From Marsupella aquatica (lineage: Eukaryota; Plantae; Marchantiophyta): a stretch of DNA of 64,000 nt. Below, one piece after another: positions 1-12,015 of this stretch. Below the pieces are notes generated by a model. The model had not been told where the DNA came from and did no database searches. It saw only the letters and a program-made list of their open reading frames with translations. The stretch covers positions 21,464,558 through 21,528,557 of the forward strand of contig OZ316895.1 in NCBI GenBank assembly GCA_973895155.1, given 5' to 3'. The position numbers and the translations under genes were made by a program. The stretch's first letter is position 1; every line of letters starts with the position of its first letter.

Positions 1-16
1 AAAAATTGGAGAGAGA

Positions 17-770
17 ACTGACCGTCATCCTAAAAGGTTACGATCCTGATTGGAGTGCTGACAATGACCAATCGGCGTAACCTCCTCCATTGGTCTATGC
101 TGTGCAATCGTCCCCGAATACCCATGTTTTAGTGCGTTTTGTCATTGGTGGATTTGGAGATGAAGGAGGAGGGGTTGAGAAGACTCTCGTTGGGATGGAG
201 AACGCCACCGACGGAGATATAGTCATCTTGAATTGCCGCGAGAATGTAAACGAGGACAAGACATTCACCTTCTTCTCAAGCTTGCCGGACAGGGGAGAGG
301 AGTATGATTACGTCATGAAGACCGACGGTGATTCATGCATCCGGTTTGAGAATTTGGGGAGGTCTGTAAAGCCTTTGTCGAGGATGGAGCTCTACTATGG
401 GTACATTTTGCCGCGTGAGTATGAGGATCCCTACTCCTGGTACATAGCAGGCATGGGGTACTTGATTTCTTGGGATTTGGTGCTATGGATAAGGGATTCG
501 CCTATACCCAGGAACAAGAGTGTGGGCACGGAGGACCAGCTGGTTTGGGAGTGGTTCAACGAAGGTGGTGTAACAAAGAACCGGGTGAATGAGAAGCTCC
601 TCATCTATGATCATCCAAAGTTTTGGGGGAATTGTGCTCATGAGCTCGTCCTTGGTGAGCTCGTCCTTGGTACTATCCTTGTGCACCAGGTGAAGACGCA
701 GAAGCGACGGGCCGGTGTACAGAGCTTCTTAGAAAAGGATCGCATCTCTCGTGCCCTCTCCCTCTCATAA
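17..770 (+). pseudogene. GT31 beta-1,3-galactosyltransferase pseudogene (copy of 35144-36229)
   Basis: Colinear with 35487-36229. It has a deletion near 60-75, a 15-nt tandem duplication (ELVLG-ELVLG), and the DxD-containing motif KTDDD changed to KTDGD. The 5' part is missing in this window. Confidence 0.85.
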
Positions 771-1544
771 CTTAATACAAGATATGGCCACCAATAAAAA
801 TTTACGTCGTCCAATGACATCTGTAGCAACGGGAAAGGAGAATTAAATACTAGTACACAATCTTTGGCTGCCACCAATTTGTGACTTGTTTGGTGAATAG
901 GAGTGATTCTTTATCAGCAGATTTACGTTTGGCATGAGATCAACCACATGACTCAAATGAATGAATTAAATGATCCGCTCGACTTGATGTGCTGTATCCC
1001 TAACGATCGGTGAAGTGGTCACATCGTCATCACCCTGTGTTTCATTGGGTTGATATGGTAGCTATGCGCCGTTGGCTTGTTTGCTGTCTAAGTGAATTCT
1101 GTTCAACAAGCCCTGTGAAATGCCGCCTTGGTAACATCTAATCCTGCAGCTACTGGTCCTATTCCCACGCTGGATCCTTCTGACTTTAAGCAAACTCTTG
1201 CTGTGAAGTATGCGAGGCTGTCTGGCGAACAACGTCCCAAAAGGTACAACGATGTCTTTCTCCCTCACCTACTGCGAAGGAAGTGGATGATTATTCTACT
1301 TTTACGACAAATTAACTGTTGCTGTATCAAATACGGACTCTTCATGAAGCCATTTGAGCAGTGCACATGCAAGCGGAAACGAGGCATGCACAAAAACAAC
1401 AGGGGAGTTATAGCTCTGATACGAAGTTATCATTAATAGGTGTGTCATAGATTCTATCGACATCCTTTCACTAGCTTTTACAGAAGAAAAAACTGTTCAG
1501 AATCCTCTGGAGCTTTTCAATCATAAATCTCCTATTACATTGCT

Positions 1545-3100
1545 GATCCCGTTTGGCTCACGTGAATTTATTCATTTTATTCACTCCAAACACCTTCCCT
1601 TTGTTTCCTGCACATATGTCAGGACAAATATAGCTGCTATCGAGGAGACGGCCGAGAAGAAGGCATAAAGCATGCTCGCTCCGAGTTGTTGAAGAAGTTG
1701 TAGGAAGAAGAGTCCCACAATGAAGTTCATAATCCAGTGGACACACATTTCCACGGACATTGCTTTTGCCTTGATACGACTAGGAAAATTCTCAGGCAGC
1801 AGTAGAGATGGGACAAGGCCAAAACTAAACCCACGGCAAACATGAACACGGAGCTGAAAGTAGCAAGGAGTGAAAGATTTACTCGGAAAGGGGCCAAAAC
1901 TTTGGGACTAGCAGCAGTTGCTTGCTTTGCCATGGCCATTGCCATCCCACTGAAACTCCACAGAAGCAAGTATCGTCTCCCCTTTATATCCAATAGAACA
2001 GCAACCAAACCTGACGCTGCCAGATTCACTATACCCATATAAACACTTGCAGCAACTCCAGACTCCACACCAGCATTTCTAAAGACAACCGAGGAAAAGA
2101 AGAAGAATGCGTTTATTCCAGAAGGCTGCTGGAGAGCAAAAAAGGGTAGACCCAATAAACACAGTTTTGCGATACATTTCATTCCACAAGGCATTCCAAG
2201 GTGCTTCCCCCAGCTCATCTTCACCACGTGCTAGATGAGCTAGAGCGCCTTTAGCATGGGCAATGCCCCAAAGTCTCTTGAATTGACGCTCAGCCTCCAG
2301 CCATCTAGATTTCTCGAACAGCCACCGTGGACTTTCACCACAGAACTCCATGAAAGACGGTAGCAGCACGGCTGGAATCGTGGCAATCCAAAAGCAAACC
2401 CGCCACCACCTAGGAGTTGAGTGCACAGGAAGAGCAGCCAGAATCGCTCCCAAAATGCCCAGGCACTTTACTACTTGAACCAAACTCCCCATCGTCCCCG
2501 CGCATTGGTTGGAGAAATCTTAGAAATATACTACGACGCCACAGGCCCTGCCACCCCAAGTCCAATGCCCATCAAAAATCGTCCCGCGACCATCATCCAA
2601 TAACTCGGAGTGGTCGCGCTCAGAATAGATCCCACGACATTGGCATCGTGCTAAGTTGGAAGGATCGGCGGCAACCATACCCTATCAGCCACCATTCCAG
2701 AGATTGAACAACCGGCAAATACACCCACCAGGCAAGCACTCACAATTGACCCTTGAGCCAAGGTATTTCCAATGAGACCTAGATCATGGACAATGGAGCC
2801 TAAAGGAAAATTCATGACACCTAAAATAATGATAACCAAACCCGCCAACGCACACGTGAGGGACACATAGTTGCCAACTAGGAGAAGGAGCTTCCGGGAG
2901 TAGTTCAAATGACTTGTCATCAAAGTAGGCAGAGACAGTTTGTGCAAGCTCGGATTCTAGAAATTTCTTCCGTCCCTTAGAGTGCGTCGGCTTCAAGCTC
3001 TCCATACTGACTTGGAACTTCATGTACAACTATTGAAATAGACCCTCAGGGAACAATGGAGATGCCATAGTGCCATCTATCATGACTAGTCTGCCCTGCT
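1545..3100 (-). pseudogene. Plastidic glucose transporter-like MFS pseudogene (copy of 37538-39046)
   Basis: Five ORF fragments in different frames (1558-1746, 1727-2227, 2079-2492, 2651-2947, 2784-3029) span the whole intact paralog with multiple frameshifts. Confidence 0.92.
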
Positions 3101-3113
3101 CCACATTCTCACA

Positions 3114-4577
3114 TTACACATCCGTTGTCTAATCTTTGGCAGCAAATTGAGGCGACTGCAACAAATGTTGCAAGTGTCTCTGACCAGCTTCGAGTCTCGC
3201 CTGCATAATTTCTGATTCTGGAATAAAACCTGCCAAATCTTCTATGTTTTCAACCCCAGGGGGTATACTTCTGTCTTTTTACAATCTGGGAAAATACTGA
3301 ACCCCTTGCAACCTCAATACGTGAACCCCCTGAACCCCCTGCAGCCTCAATACGTGTCCCACTAGGGGTATACATTTTTGAACCCCCTGTAGCCTCAATT
3401 CGTGTCTCACTGGGCATATACATTTCTCTATGTCTAATTTCTTCAAATAGCCTTCCCCTTTCTCCACCAGTATTTGCTATAACTAAATGTCCTTTCGAAT
3501 GATCAATATCCAATCTTAGGAGATCTTCGATGGTGCCAACAGCAGTAGCCCTCGACTCCATCGCAGAATAATATATGGTGTAAGCATTCATCCAAAATAT
3601 AGTCCACGAATCGTTGAGATCAGTCAAGATCGCAAAGGGTCTACATTCTTGGGACAAAATATTTGCCATAACAAGGGCAACTAGGATTTGAACCTTCCCT
3701 GTTTGAGGGTTTACCTTTTTAATTCAAAATTGCACTTTAAATCGCCTTCATAAAACACTTTCACCTTCCGGTCGACTATAGCTGCATCCGTAGTTCCTTT
3801 CATGAAATAGCCCCCAAGCATACCGCATAAAAGTCTTGGATGTTTGTTGGCTGCATCAATTATAAGGTACTCTTGTATTGTCCGAATCCTGTTCAAGTGT
3901 GGAATATAGCGGTCCGACTGGGCCCTCTCGGACCTATCATCCCAACTGAAGCCGGCCTGGCAAATCGCTCATTTGATTAGGAGTGTAATCAAATCTCTTA
4001 TAACTCACCGTCAAGCCTAGATCCAGTCCCATAGTATCCCATTGATGGTTACTCATAGATGAGAGTGCCAACTGGGGTGCCAACGATACCTTCCCTTTTA
4101 CTTTAGCCTCCCATTCATCCAACACTTTAGCCAACACTTTAGCGAACACTTTCCCAAGCTTTTCATCCTCTGCATCTGCATGAGAAAAAGTTCAGAACCC
4201 CAATATCAAGTTTACCTCGACTAATCTACACACTGCTATGGAATATCAAATTTACCTCGACTGATCTTCACAATGCTACGGAGTATCAAGTTTCCCTCGA
4301 CTGATCTACACACTGCTACGGATTTATGTTACTTACCATGCCGTAGGCTACAATTTTGAGCATTAATTGCCGACATTATCCCGTATGTCACTCCCAAAGA
4401 TGCCTCTGGGAACACTTCTCGGAATACGCCTTCGAGTTCGCTATCAGACAATGCCAACAACATAGGTGCTGTGAAGGCGTGCAAACGTAGTCTCGCAACA
4501 ATTTCTCGGAGATCTTCTTGGCCATCCATGGTAAGCCGAAGTAACTCCATGAGAGACTCTTCTTGAGAAGACACCAT
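3114..4577 (-). pseudogene. Crinkler(CRN)-like REase-fold gene with SAM-like N-terminal header, copy 1
   Basis: Exon 1 is 4577-4337 and a GT-AG phase-1 intron spans 4336-4176. Exon 2 carries KGTTDAAIV...FELK...PFAILTDLNDSWTIFW, motifs I recognise from CRN C-terminal domains. Frameshifts near 3955, 3715 and 3260. Confidence 0.7.
4201..4320. repeat. 3 x 40-bp tandem repeat inside the CRN-like intron (also at 9681-9800)
   Basis: Unit approximately GAATATCAAGTTTACCTCGACTGATCTACACACTGCTACG, present in both CRN-like copies. Confidence 0.9.
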
Positions 4578-5714
4578 TTTCGATCTTGTAGGTAGACTCA
4601 CGGTTTAGCGGAGTTACCCTAAACGGCAGACTCACGGTTTCTCTTAGTGTTTCTTTTCCACACTTGCATATGCAACCACGTAACTTGGAAGCTGGGACAC
4701 GACATTTCCTGGATATTTTATTTCTCTTCCTACACTTGCCCCCATTTCATGCCTCGAGACATTTCACCGACTGGTCGTCCATAGGAAATCAATCAACATC
4801 GAGGATCTATCCAGATGATCAATCAACATTGAGGATGACCTGATATATCCAGACTGCTACTTAACCCATGTATGCGGTCGATCCCAGTGGAGTGGTCCCT
4901 GAGCAGATCTTCACAAAGCCAACCAAGACCGACTATTTCCTTTTACCTGCCCGCCGCTACATGAATTACACCAATAATTGGAGATTCATTGCTCACAAAG
5001 GCAGCAAAAGCTTTTGAGAGCATGCATCAGTAGCAAATTACTATAGATCTTTGTGGGAAGTTAGCTTTTCCCTTGACTTGTGAGAAACAATCTCGAGAGC
5101 AGCACGGTCTGTTGACCATGATTTCCCAGCCTGTGTTTTAAAAGCGTGATCAATGAATACCTGAGAAATCAACCGATCAGCGAAACACAGATGTTCAACT
5201 GAACTCTTCTTTCCTTCTGAGACTGTACTTGTTATCGTGATAAGGAATGTGATGGATTACAAGAAGTCACAGACTGGGGACGAATCAATTGTGAGGAAGG
5301 GAAGTCGATGCTCTTCTCTGTGCCACTATGATCAAAATCTGGTAATTTTTGGGACACAGTTCGATGATCGCAGGGCTTGTAATCGTCATGGAGCTTTAAA
5401 GTGGACAAGATCTCGTTCACTCAAATTCTCCCAAGTGAACGATACTACACTAAAAGCCTTGCAATTAAGGAAACTTTGACAGTCATAACGGATTTCCCCA
5501 TAAAATGCTTTCATAAAGCCATTGGAGTCGGGTGAATTGACCTTAACGCCAACCCAAATTTGATCGAGGCACCATCGATCTACTATAGACCATAAGAAAG
5601 ATGGAAAACATTACTTTGACAAAATTGTGCAAGGAATAACCATACGCTGATAATCAAACATACCCTTCCAAAACAAGAACTTACATTCATCAACACACAC
5701 TTCCTGTACTGTAC

Positions 5715-6003
5715 CTCGGGGAGTTGACTATCAAAAATCTTAGGAACCACGTGCGATCCAAAATAGGTATTTTTCATAGAAATTAGCTAAATTTTTAAAA
5801 AGCGTAGGAAGCAAAAGAAGGTATTATAGACCAATCTTTATAGAATATTTTCTAATATATACCTTTTATAAAGTAAAAAATAGGTCATTAATATTGAAAA
5901 TAAAGAATTTTTTTGGAATATTCCCATTATAATATATGTGTGTTTATATTAGGCTAGGATCGCATGTGGTACCCCAAAATATACACTAAGTTAACCCCCC
6001 GAG
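5715..6003 (+). mobile_element. MITE-like non-autonomous DNA transposon, family A copy 1
   Basis: Termini CTCGGGGAGTT...AACCCCCCGAG. 8-bp TSD TACTGTAC at 5707-5714 and 6004-6011. Confidence 0.95.
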
Positions 6004-7074
6004 TACTGTACCTCCACTCAGTTGGCAGCAAAGGGAGAGTATTGTCCCGTGCGATTTTTGGTGCTAGACAGAAAAACTCAAACATGTTTAGAGACATCTT
6101 TGTGCTGTGTCCCGCCTGCCCGTCCACCCAATTCAAGATTTTGATGAGGCTTAAATTACTAAGCATACGAGTTGATCCAGACTGTGGGCACTTTCTGGTT
6201 CACAAATACTACACACACTCCTCAAAGGCTGAACGAAACCTGCTTAAAACCCATGACAGTAGTATATGGGGTTCAACTCAAGCTTGCAGACCAGTACACT
6301 TTAATGTTCATCGACCCTTCTAGCTTGGTTTTCTTTCAGTGAAAGAGGATTCAATTCTCTTTAGCTCGAGATGTTTTGATGAGGTTGTGAGGACTCGAGT
6401 GATGGAGTTTCGCAAAGGAGAGCTCAAAATCAAGCGTCACGTTTTCATTAGGCAGCAACTGATCTCCAAGCCGACTTTCGATATGGTCCTGAAGATGTTA
6501 TCGAGTTGTAGGGCTGGCAGCCAACTGGCCCCGGATACTTCTTCATACCAGCCAGGTACTTAATTTCTGTTTCAATGGAAAGTTTTTGATGTGCTGTGCA
6601 GGCCAGAGAGAAAATAATTTGTTTCACAATGTCAGCGAGAGCCTGCTAGCTTCACAACTTCATTTAGTTACCAATTAATTATATACTAGCCTAGCAAGCC
6701 AGCTTCAGGTACTGTAGCTATTCAAGAGAAAGCAACTTAGGATGAAAAAGGTTAGCTCACCCCGACTTAAATTCTGAAATTGCCTCAATTGAACAGCAAG
6801 AATTGAGCAAAAGAACGACACGATTGCACATTTCAAGAACGCATTGCTTTCTTGAATGTGCCGCTCTTCGATTTCTGGCTTTCTCCCCATGCATTGCTAG
6901 AATGATTTTCCAACCCCTCTTTGCACATGTGGCTATTCTTTATAACGCTCAGAGCCTCAGTAGTGTCTTGCAGAATCACAAGGATGACTGCACCAGCTTC
7001 TGTGAATGCCTTCACTTTCAATTAAGGTGACCAGCTGTTTGTCTTGCTCCCAGATCTTCATCGGAAGTGTGGAT

Positions 7075-7350
7075 CTCGGGGGGTTGACTATAAAAAATCT
7101 TAGGAACCACGTGCGATCTATTTTGGATAGAACTTAACTAAATTTTTAAAAAACGTAGGAGGCAAAAGAAGGTATTATAAACTCATGTTTATAGAATATT
7201 CTCTAATATATACCTTTTATAAAGTAAAATAGGTTATTAATATTAAAATAGAGAATATTCTTAGAATATTTTCTTTATAAAATAGGCTATTTATATTAGG
7301 CTAGGATCGCACGTGGTACCCTAAAATATACACTTAGTTAACCCCCCGAG
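7075..7350 (+). mobile_element. MITE family A copy 2
   Basis: Same termini with TSD GTGTGGAT. The paralogous empty site near 34876 has a single GTGTGGAT. Confidence 0.97.
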
Positions 7351-8689
7351 GTGTGGATGCCACTGTCTTACCTTGAGATGCGATGGGTGACTAGATAAAC
7401 AAATGCATTTTTCAATCGAGTGCTGAGAGGCTTGGAGAGATCTACGTTGGTTGCAAAAAAGTTTGTTTAATGGGAGCTAATGATTGACACCAAAATGCGG
7501 GCCAACTTTGATGATTGACGGGTCGATGACATCCACGACGGTAGTGGCCAAGTGCAAGGTCCAATCGATGGCAGCAATAGGTAAACACTGTTGGAATCAC
7601 TTGATCTCTCTCTCAACACGGTCATACAAGTGGCCCTGTACAATGCCGCCTTCGTAATATCTAAACCTGTAGCTACTGGTCTTATTTCAACGCTGCATCC
7701 TTGTGTATTTAAGCGAACTCTTGCTGTGAAGTATGCGAGGCTGTCTGGCCGAATGATATCCCAAAAGGTACAACGATGTATTTCTCCCTCAACTTCTTTG
7801 AAGGAAGTGGATGATTACTCAACTTTTATGCCAAATTAACGGTTGCTGTATAAAATATGGAGTCTTAACACAAGCCATTTGAGCAGTGCACATGCAAGCG
7901 AAAACGAGGGTATGCACAAAAACAACAGGGCAGTTATAGCTCTGATAAGAAATTATCATTAGTAGGTGTATCACAAATTCTATCAACATCATTTCACTAG
8001 CTTTTAAAGACGAAAAATAAAATCAGAATCCTCTAAAGCTTTTCAATCCTAAATCTCCCATGCTAAATGTATGACTCGTGTCCACCAGGGGAAAACTGAA
8101 AGTACTGTTTCTTTCTGAACTAATGAAAGTCATAGCTTGGCCTCGCTATGACTTGGAAGATGGAATCTTGTAGGCTCTCAAAGCAAGGAGCTGTCACATG
8201 CCCCGCTTTTGAGTCCAACGCCCACCAATAATCAGTCATCCAGTTCAGATCATAGAATGTGATCTTCTTGCTCGTCTGTCTCCTGTTCCCCGACCTCCTG
8301 GTCTACCTGGCAATCTTGCACATTGATAAATTTTTTTTGCCCCGCTCCACATTCTCACATTACACATACGTTGTCTGACCTTCAACAGCAAATTGAGGCG
8401 ACTCCAACAAATGTTGCAGGTCTCTCTGACCAGCTTCGAGTCTCGCCTCCAGAATTTCTGATTCTGGAATAAAACCTGCCAAATATTCGATGTTTTCAAC
8501 CCGGGGGGTTTATTTCTGTCTTTTTACAATCTGGGAAAATACTCAACCCCCTGAGCCCCATGCACCCTCAATGCGTGTCCCACTAGGGGTATACATTTCT
8601 CTCTGTCCAATTTAGTTAGGTAGAGGTCCCCCTTCTCCACCTGTATTTGACATAACTAAAAGTCCTTCCGAATCATCAATATCGGATCT

Positions 8690-8976
8690 CTCGGGGGGTT
8701 AACTTAGTGTATATATTGGGGTACCACGTGCGATCCTAGCCTAATGTAAACACACCTATTTTATAATACGAATATTCCAAAAACATTCTCTATTTTCAAT
8801 ATTAATGATCTATTTTACTTTATAAAAGGTATATATTAGAGAATATTCTATAAATATTGGTCTATAATACCTTCTTTTGCTTCCTACGCTTTTTAAAAAT
8901 TTAGCTAATTTATATGAAAAATACATATTTTGGATCGCACGTGGTTCCTAAGATTTTTGATAGTCAACCCCCCGAG
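8690..8976 (-). mobile_element. MITE family A copy 3 (reverse orientation)
   Basis: TSD TCGGATCT at 8682-8689 and 8977-8984. It interrupts CRN-like copy 2, and the paralogous site near 3510 is empty. Confidence 0.97.
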
Positions 8977-9997
8977 TCGGATCTGAGAAGATCTTCGATG
9001 ATGCCAACGACAATAGCCCTTGACTCCATCGAACAATAGTATATTGTGGAAGCATTCATCCAAAATAAAATTCATGAATCATTGAGGTCAGTTAAGACCG
9101 CGAAGGGTTGGCATTCTCTTGACAAAATATTTGCCATAACAAGGGAGACTAGAATTTGAATTTTCCCTGTTTGAGGGTTCCCCTTCTTCAATTTAAAAAT
9201 GCATTTTAAACCACCTTCGTAACATTCTTTCACTTTCCGGTTGACTATAGCTACATTCGTAGTTCCTTTCATGGAATAGCCCCCAAGCATACCACATAAA
9301 AGTCTTGGATGTTTGTTGGCTGCATCAATTATACGATACTTTTGCGTTATCCGAATCCTGTTCAAGTGCAGAATATAGCAGTCCGACTGGGCCCTCTCGG
9401 ACCTATCATCCCAACCAAAGCATGGCAAATCGCTCATTTGACTAGGAGTGTAATCAAAACTCATATAACTCACCCTCAAGCCTAGATCCAGTCCCATAGT
9501 ATCCCATTGATGGGTACTGATAGATGAGAGTGCCAACCATGCCTTCACTTTTACTTTAGTCTCCCGTTCATCCAACACTTCAGTCAACACTTTAGCCAAC
9601 ACTTTCCCAAGCCTTTCATCCTCTGCATCCCGCGGTGTGATCGAAGTTGAACCTGCATGAGAAAAAGTTAAGAACCCCAACATCAAGTTTACCTTGACTA
9701 ATCTACACATTGCTACGGAATATCAAGTTCACCTTGACTGATCTACACACTGCTACGGAATATCAAGTGTACCTCGATTATCTACACACTGCTATGGATT
9801 TCTGTTACTTACCATGCCGAAGGTTGCGATTTCGAGCGCCAATTGCCGAGATTATTTTGTATGTCACTCCCGGAGAAAATTCTGAAAACACCTTACCGAG
9901 AAGGCGTTCGAGCATGCTTTCTAACAACTCTAGCAACTTAGGTACGGTCAACTTGTGCGACACTAGTTTCTCAACAATTTCTCTCAAATCTTCTTCG

Positions 9998-10284
9998 CTC
10001 GGGGGGGTTGACTATCAAAAATCTTAGGAACCACGTGCGATCCAAAATAGGTATTTTTCATAGAAATTAGCTAAATTTTTAAAAAGCGTAGGAAGCAAAA
10101 GAAGGTATTATAGACCAATATTTATAGAATATTCTCTAATATATACCTTTTATAAAGTAAATTAGGTCATTAATATTGAAAATAGAGAATTTTTTGGAAT
10201 ATTCTCATTATAAAATAGGTGTGTTTATATTAGGCTAGGATCGCACGTGGTACCCTAAAATATACACTAAGTTAACCCCCCGAG
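9998..10284 (+). mobile_element. MITE family A copy 4
   Basis: TSD CTTCTTCG at 9990-9997 and 10285-10292. The paralogous site near 4514 is empty. Confidence 0.97.
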
Positions 10285-10384
10285 CTTCTTCGCCATCCAT
10301 GGTAAGTTGAAGGAGCTCCATCAGACTCTCCATTGGATCTTGCAGGAGGGAACTCAAGGAATACCGTTACTTTCTCCGTCCCTC

Positions 10385-11850
10385 ACAGTATAGCAGCGAA
10401 ACAGTTCACCTAAGAAATTTAGTTAGAGCCAAGCCAGCAAAACCAGACGGTAGAGAACTTTCGATTGTTGAGATCAAATGATCCGACCAAATGAGCTGCA
10501 ATGCGGAAGCTATGAATGATCAACTGTGGGTGGACGCCATCCTCAACGAAGGGTTTTGCTTTCGCGAGGACTCTCCAACAAGCAAGACCACTGTTGTGGT
10601 TCCATCACCGACCTACAAAATCAAAAATACATTTCCACTCAAGAACCAGCGCGGACCGACACTTCAATTGGTCTAATTCAATGAACCAAGGAAAAGAACT
10701 TAGTACAGTGGCAACGACCCTCTAAACACATCTGTGCTTGTTTTATTGACTCCGTTCGTTGCGTAATGCCAAGACGCACAAGAAGGAACAACTAGGACGA
10801 AGCCCCAACAACAACTAGCAATAGAAATTCCTTTCATACACGTCTCTTCAGTGTCCTCTGTATATATGTGACAACTGATACATTTCTGCGTTTGGGAATG
10901 ATGAAATGGTCATACTTATTAAAGTCACACAAATCTGTGGAATAAACCCATCAGCCATTAATTTCTCCTATGTCCTCCATTCCGAATTACTGCAATGCTC
11001 TGATACCAGCTATTGGGAAGAGAGTCAAATCACTGTCACGGACGTGTGTCCTTACCTCAGAGTCCAGCGATTTAGCGATGTCCACCAGAATCTTGGCAGC
11101 GCGATGCATGATATCCAGGAGCTTCATGTAGGTGGCGCCATCATTTGATATGGTGGTTCCTTTGTCGCAATGGATGAGCTTGTCTATTCCGCGTGGCCCC
11201 AGAGTGTTGCGCACTGAGTCCACCACGGCAATGCACGCAATGATGTTACTGATCAGCTGCGGCTTCCCTTGCGTCGTGTTCATTCCCTCCTTCAACAGTT
11301 TAATCTGAGGTTGCTGCTCTCTCATCCATCACAAAAAACTCCAAAGTCACACACATAAGAGCAACATCTCGCCTTCACTCCTCGTCATCAAAAACCTTCC
11401 GCCAAAGCTAACAGCGACAGAAATAATCATACTCCTCCGCTCTCTTGCTTTTTCATGACTTACAATGACAATACAACATAAACAAATCTGTGATTGCAGA
11501 CCCCATCTCTCCACCAAACAATCCAATGTGACTGACATTCCAATGAGCTCGCTCCCTCACTCCTAATCATTTATACTCTACCAAAGAACCTAAGAGCCAC
11601 GTCAAAGTAAGAATTGGCGTTTCCTACCGTGTTCCTATTTAATGACCTCCGAGGACGAGACAAGTGCACAACAGAATTTGAAAGCAAACGTCCACATTTG
11701 CACACCTACTCTCAATGGATTCATCATCCAAAGAACCGGAAAACACAGACAACGTACAAGAATCAAAGTTCATCTGTCCCCTTGATCTTTCATGACCTAC
11801 GACAAGAATACAAGAGAGGCACAGAATCTAAAACAAATTGCTCAATGTGG
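10385..11850 (-). pseudogene. Inverted partial duplicate of CCT7 (intron 1, exons 2-3, start of intron 3)
   Basis: Reverse complement of ~17410-18838 including intronic sequence. ORF 10987-11325 ([10 protein letters not shown]...[12 protein letters not shown]) is a diverged copy of exon 2. Confidence 0.92.
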
Positions 11851-12015
11851 AGACTTGTTGGGCAGTCCCGTTTGAGCAGAGCTGGGCAAAGGGCGAAGGC
11901 GAGAGCAGGGCAACAATACAAGAGAGGCACAAAATCCAAAACAAATTGCTCAATGTGGAGACTTGTTGGGCAGTCCCGTTTGAGCAGAGCAGGGCGAAAG
12001 CGAGCGCGGCGAGCG
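11807..12015. repeat. 108-bp tandem duplication at the end of the inverted CCT7 fragment
   Basis: AATACAAGAGAGGCACA...GAGCAGAGC occurs at 11807 and 11915. Confidence 0.85.

Larger units (their letters stand above)
4644..8345 (+). repeat. Second, internally deleted segmental copy of the 30931-39075 block
   Basis: 4644-5650 matches 30931-31925, 6075-7635 matches 33855-35210, and 7635-8330 matches 36820-37490. The GT31 body and the transporter CDS are deleted. Confidence 0.9.
8360..10333 (-). pseudogene. Crinkler(CRN)-like REase-fold gene with SAM-like header, copy 2
   Basis: Same exon/intron structure as copy 1 (donor ~9812, acceptor ~9653) and ORF 9072-9710. It has a TGG-to-TGA stop at 9072 and two MITE insertions. 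Putative catalytic GTTD is GTTN and ELKK is KLKK. Confidence 0.7.

Noticed and set aside
5706-6012. 10-bp TSD (GTACTGTACC) implying a Mutator-like element
   Set aside because: It works only for copy 1 by chance. The other four copies and the empty sites define an 8-bp TSD with CTC...GAG ends.
9710-10027. ORFs ending GVDYQKS (also 12635-12862) as a shared protein motif
   Set aside because: The shared ending is simply translation into the MITE left terminus.
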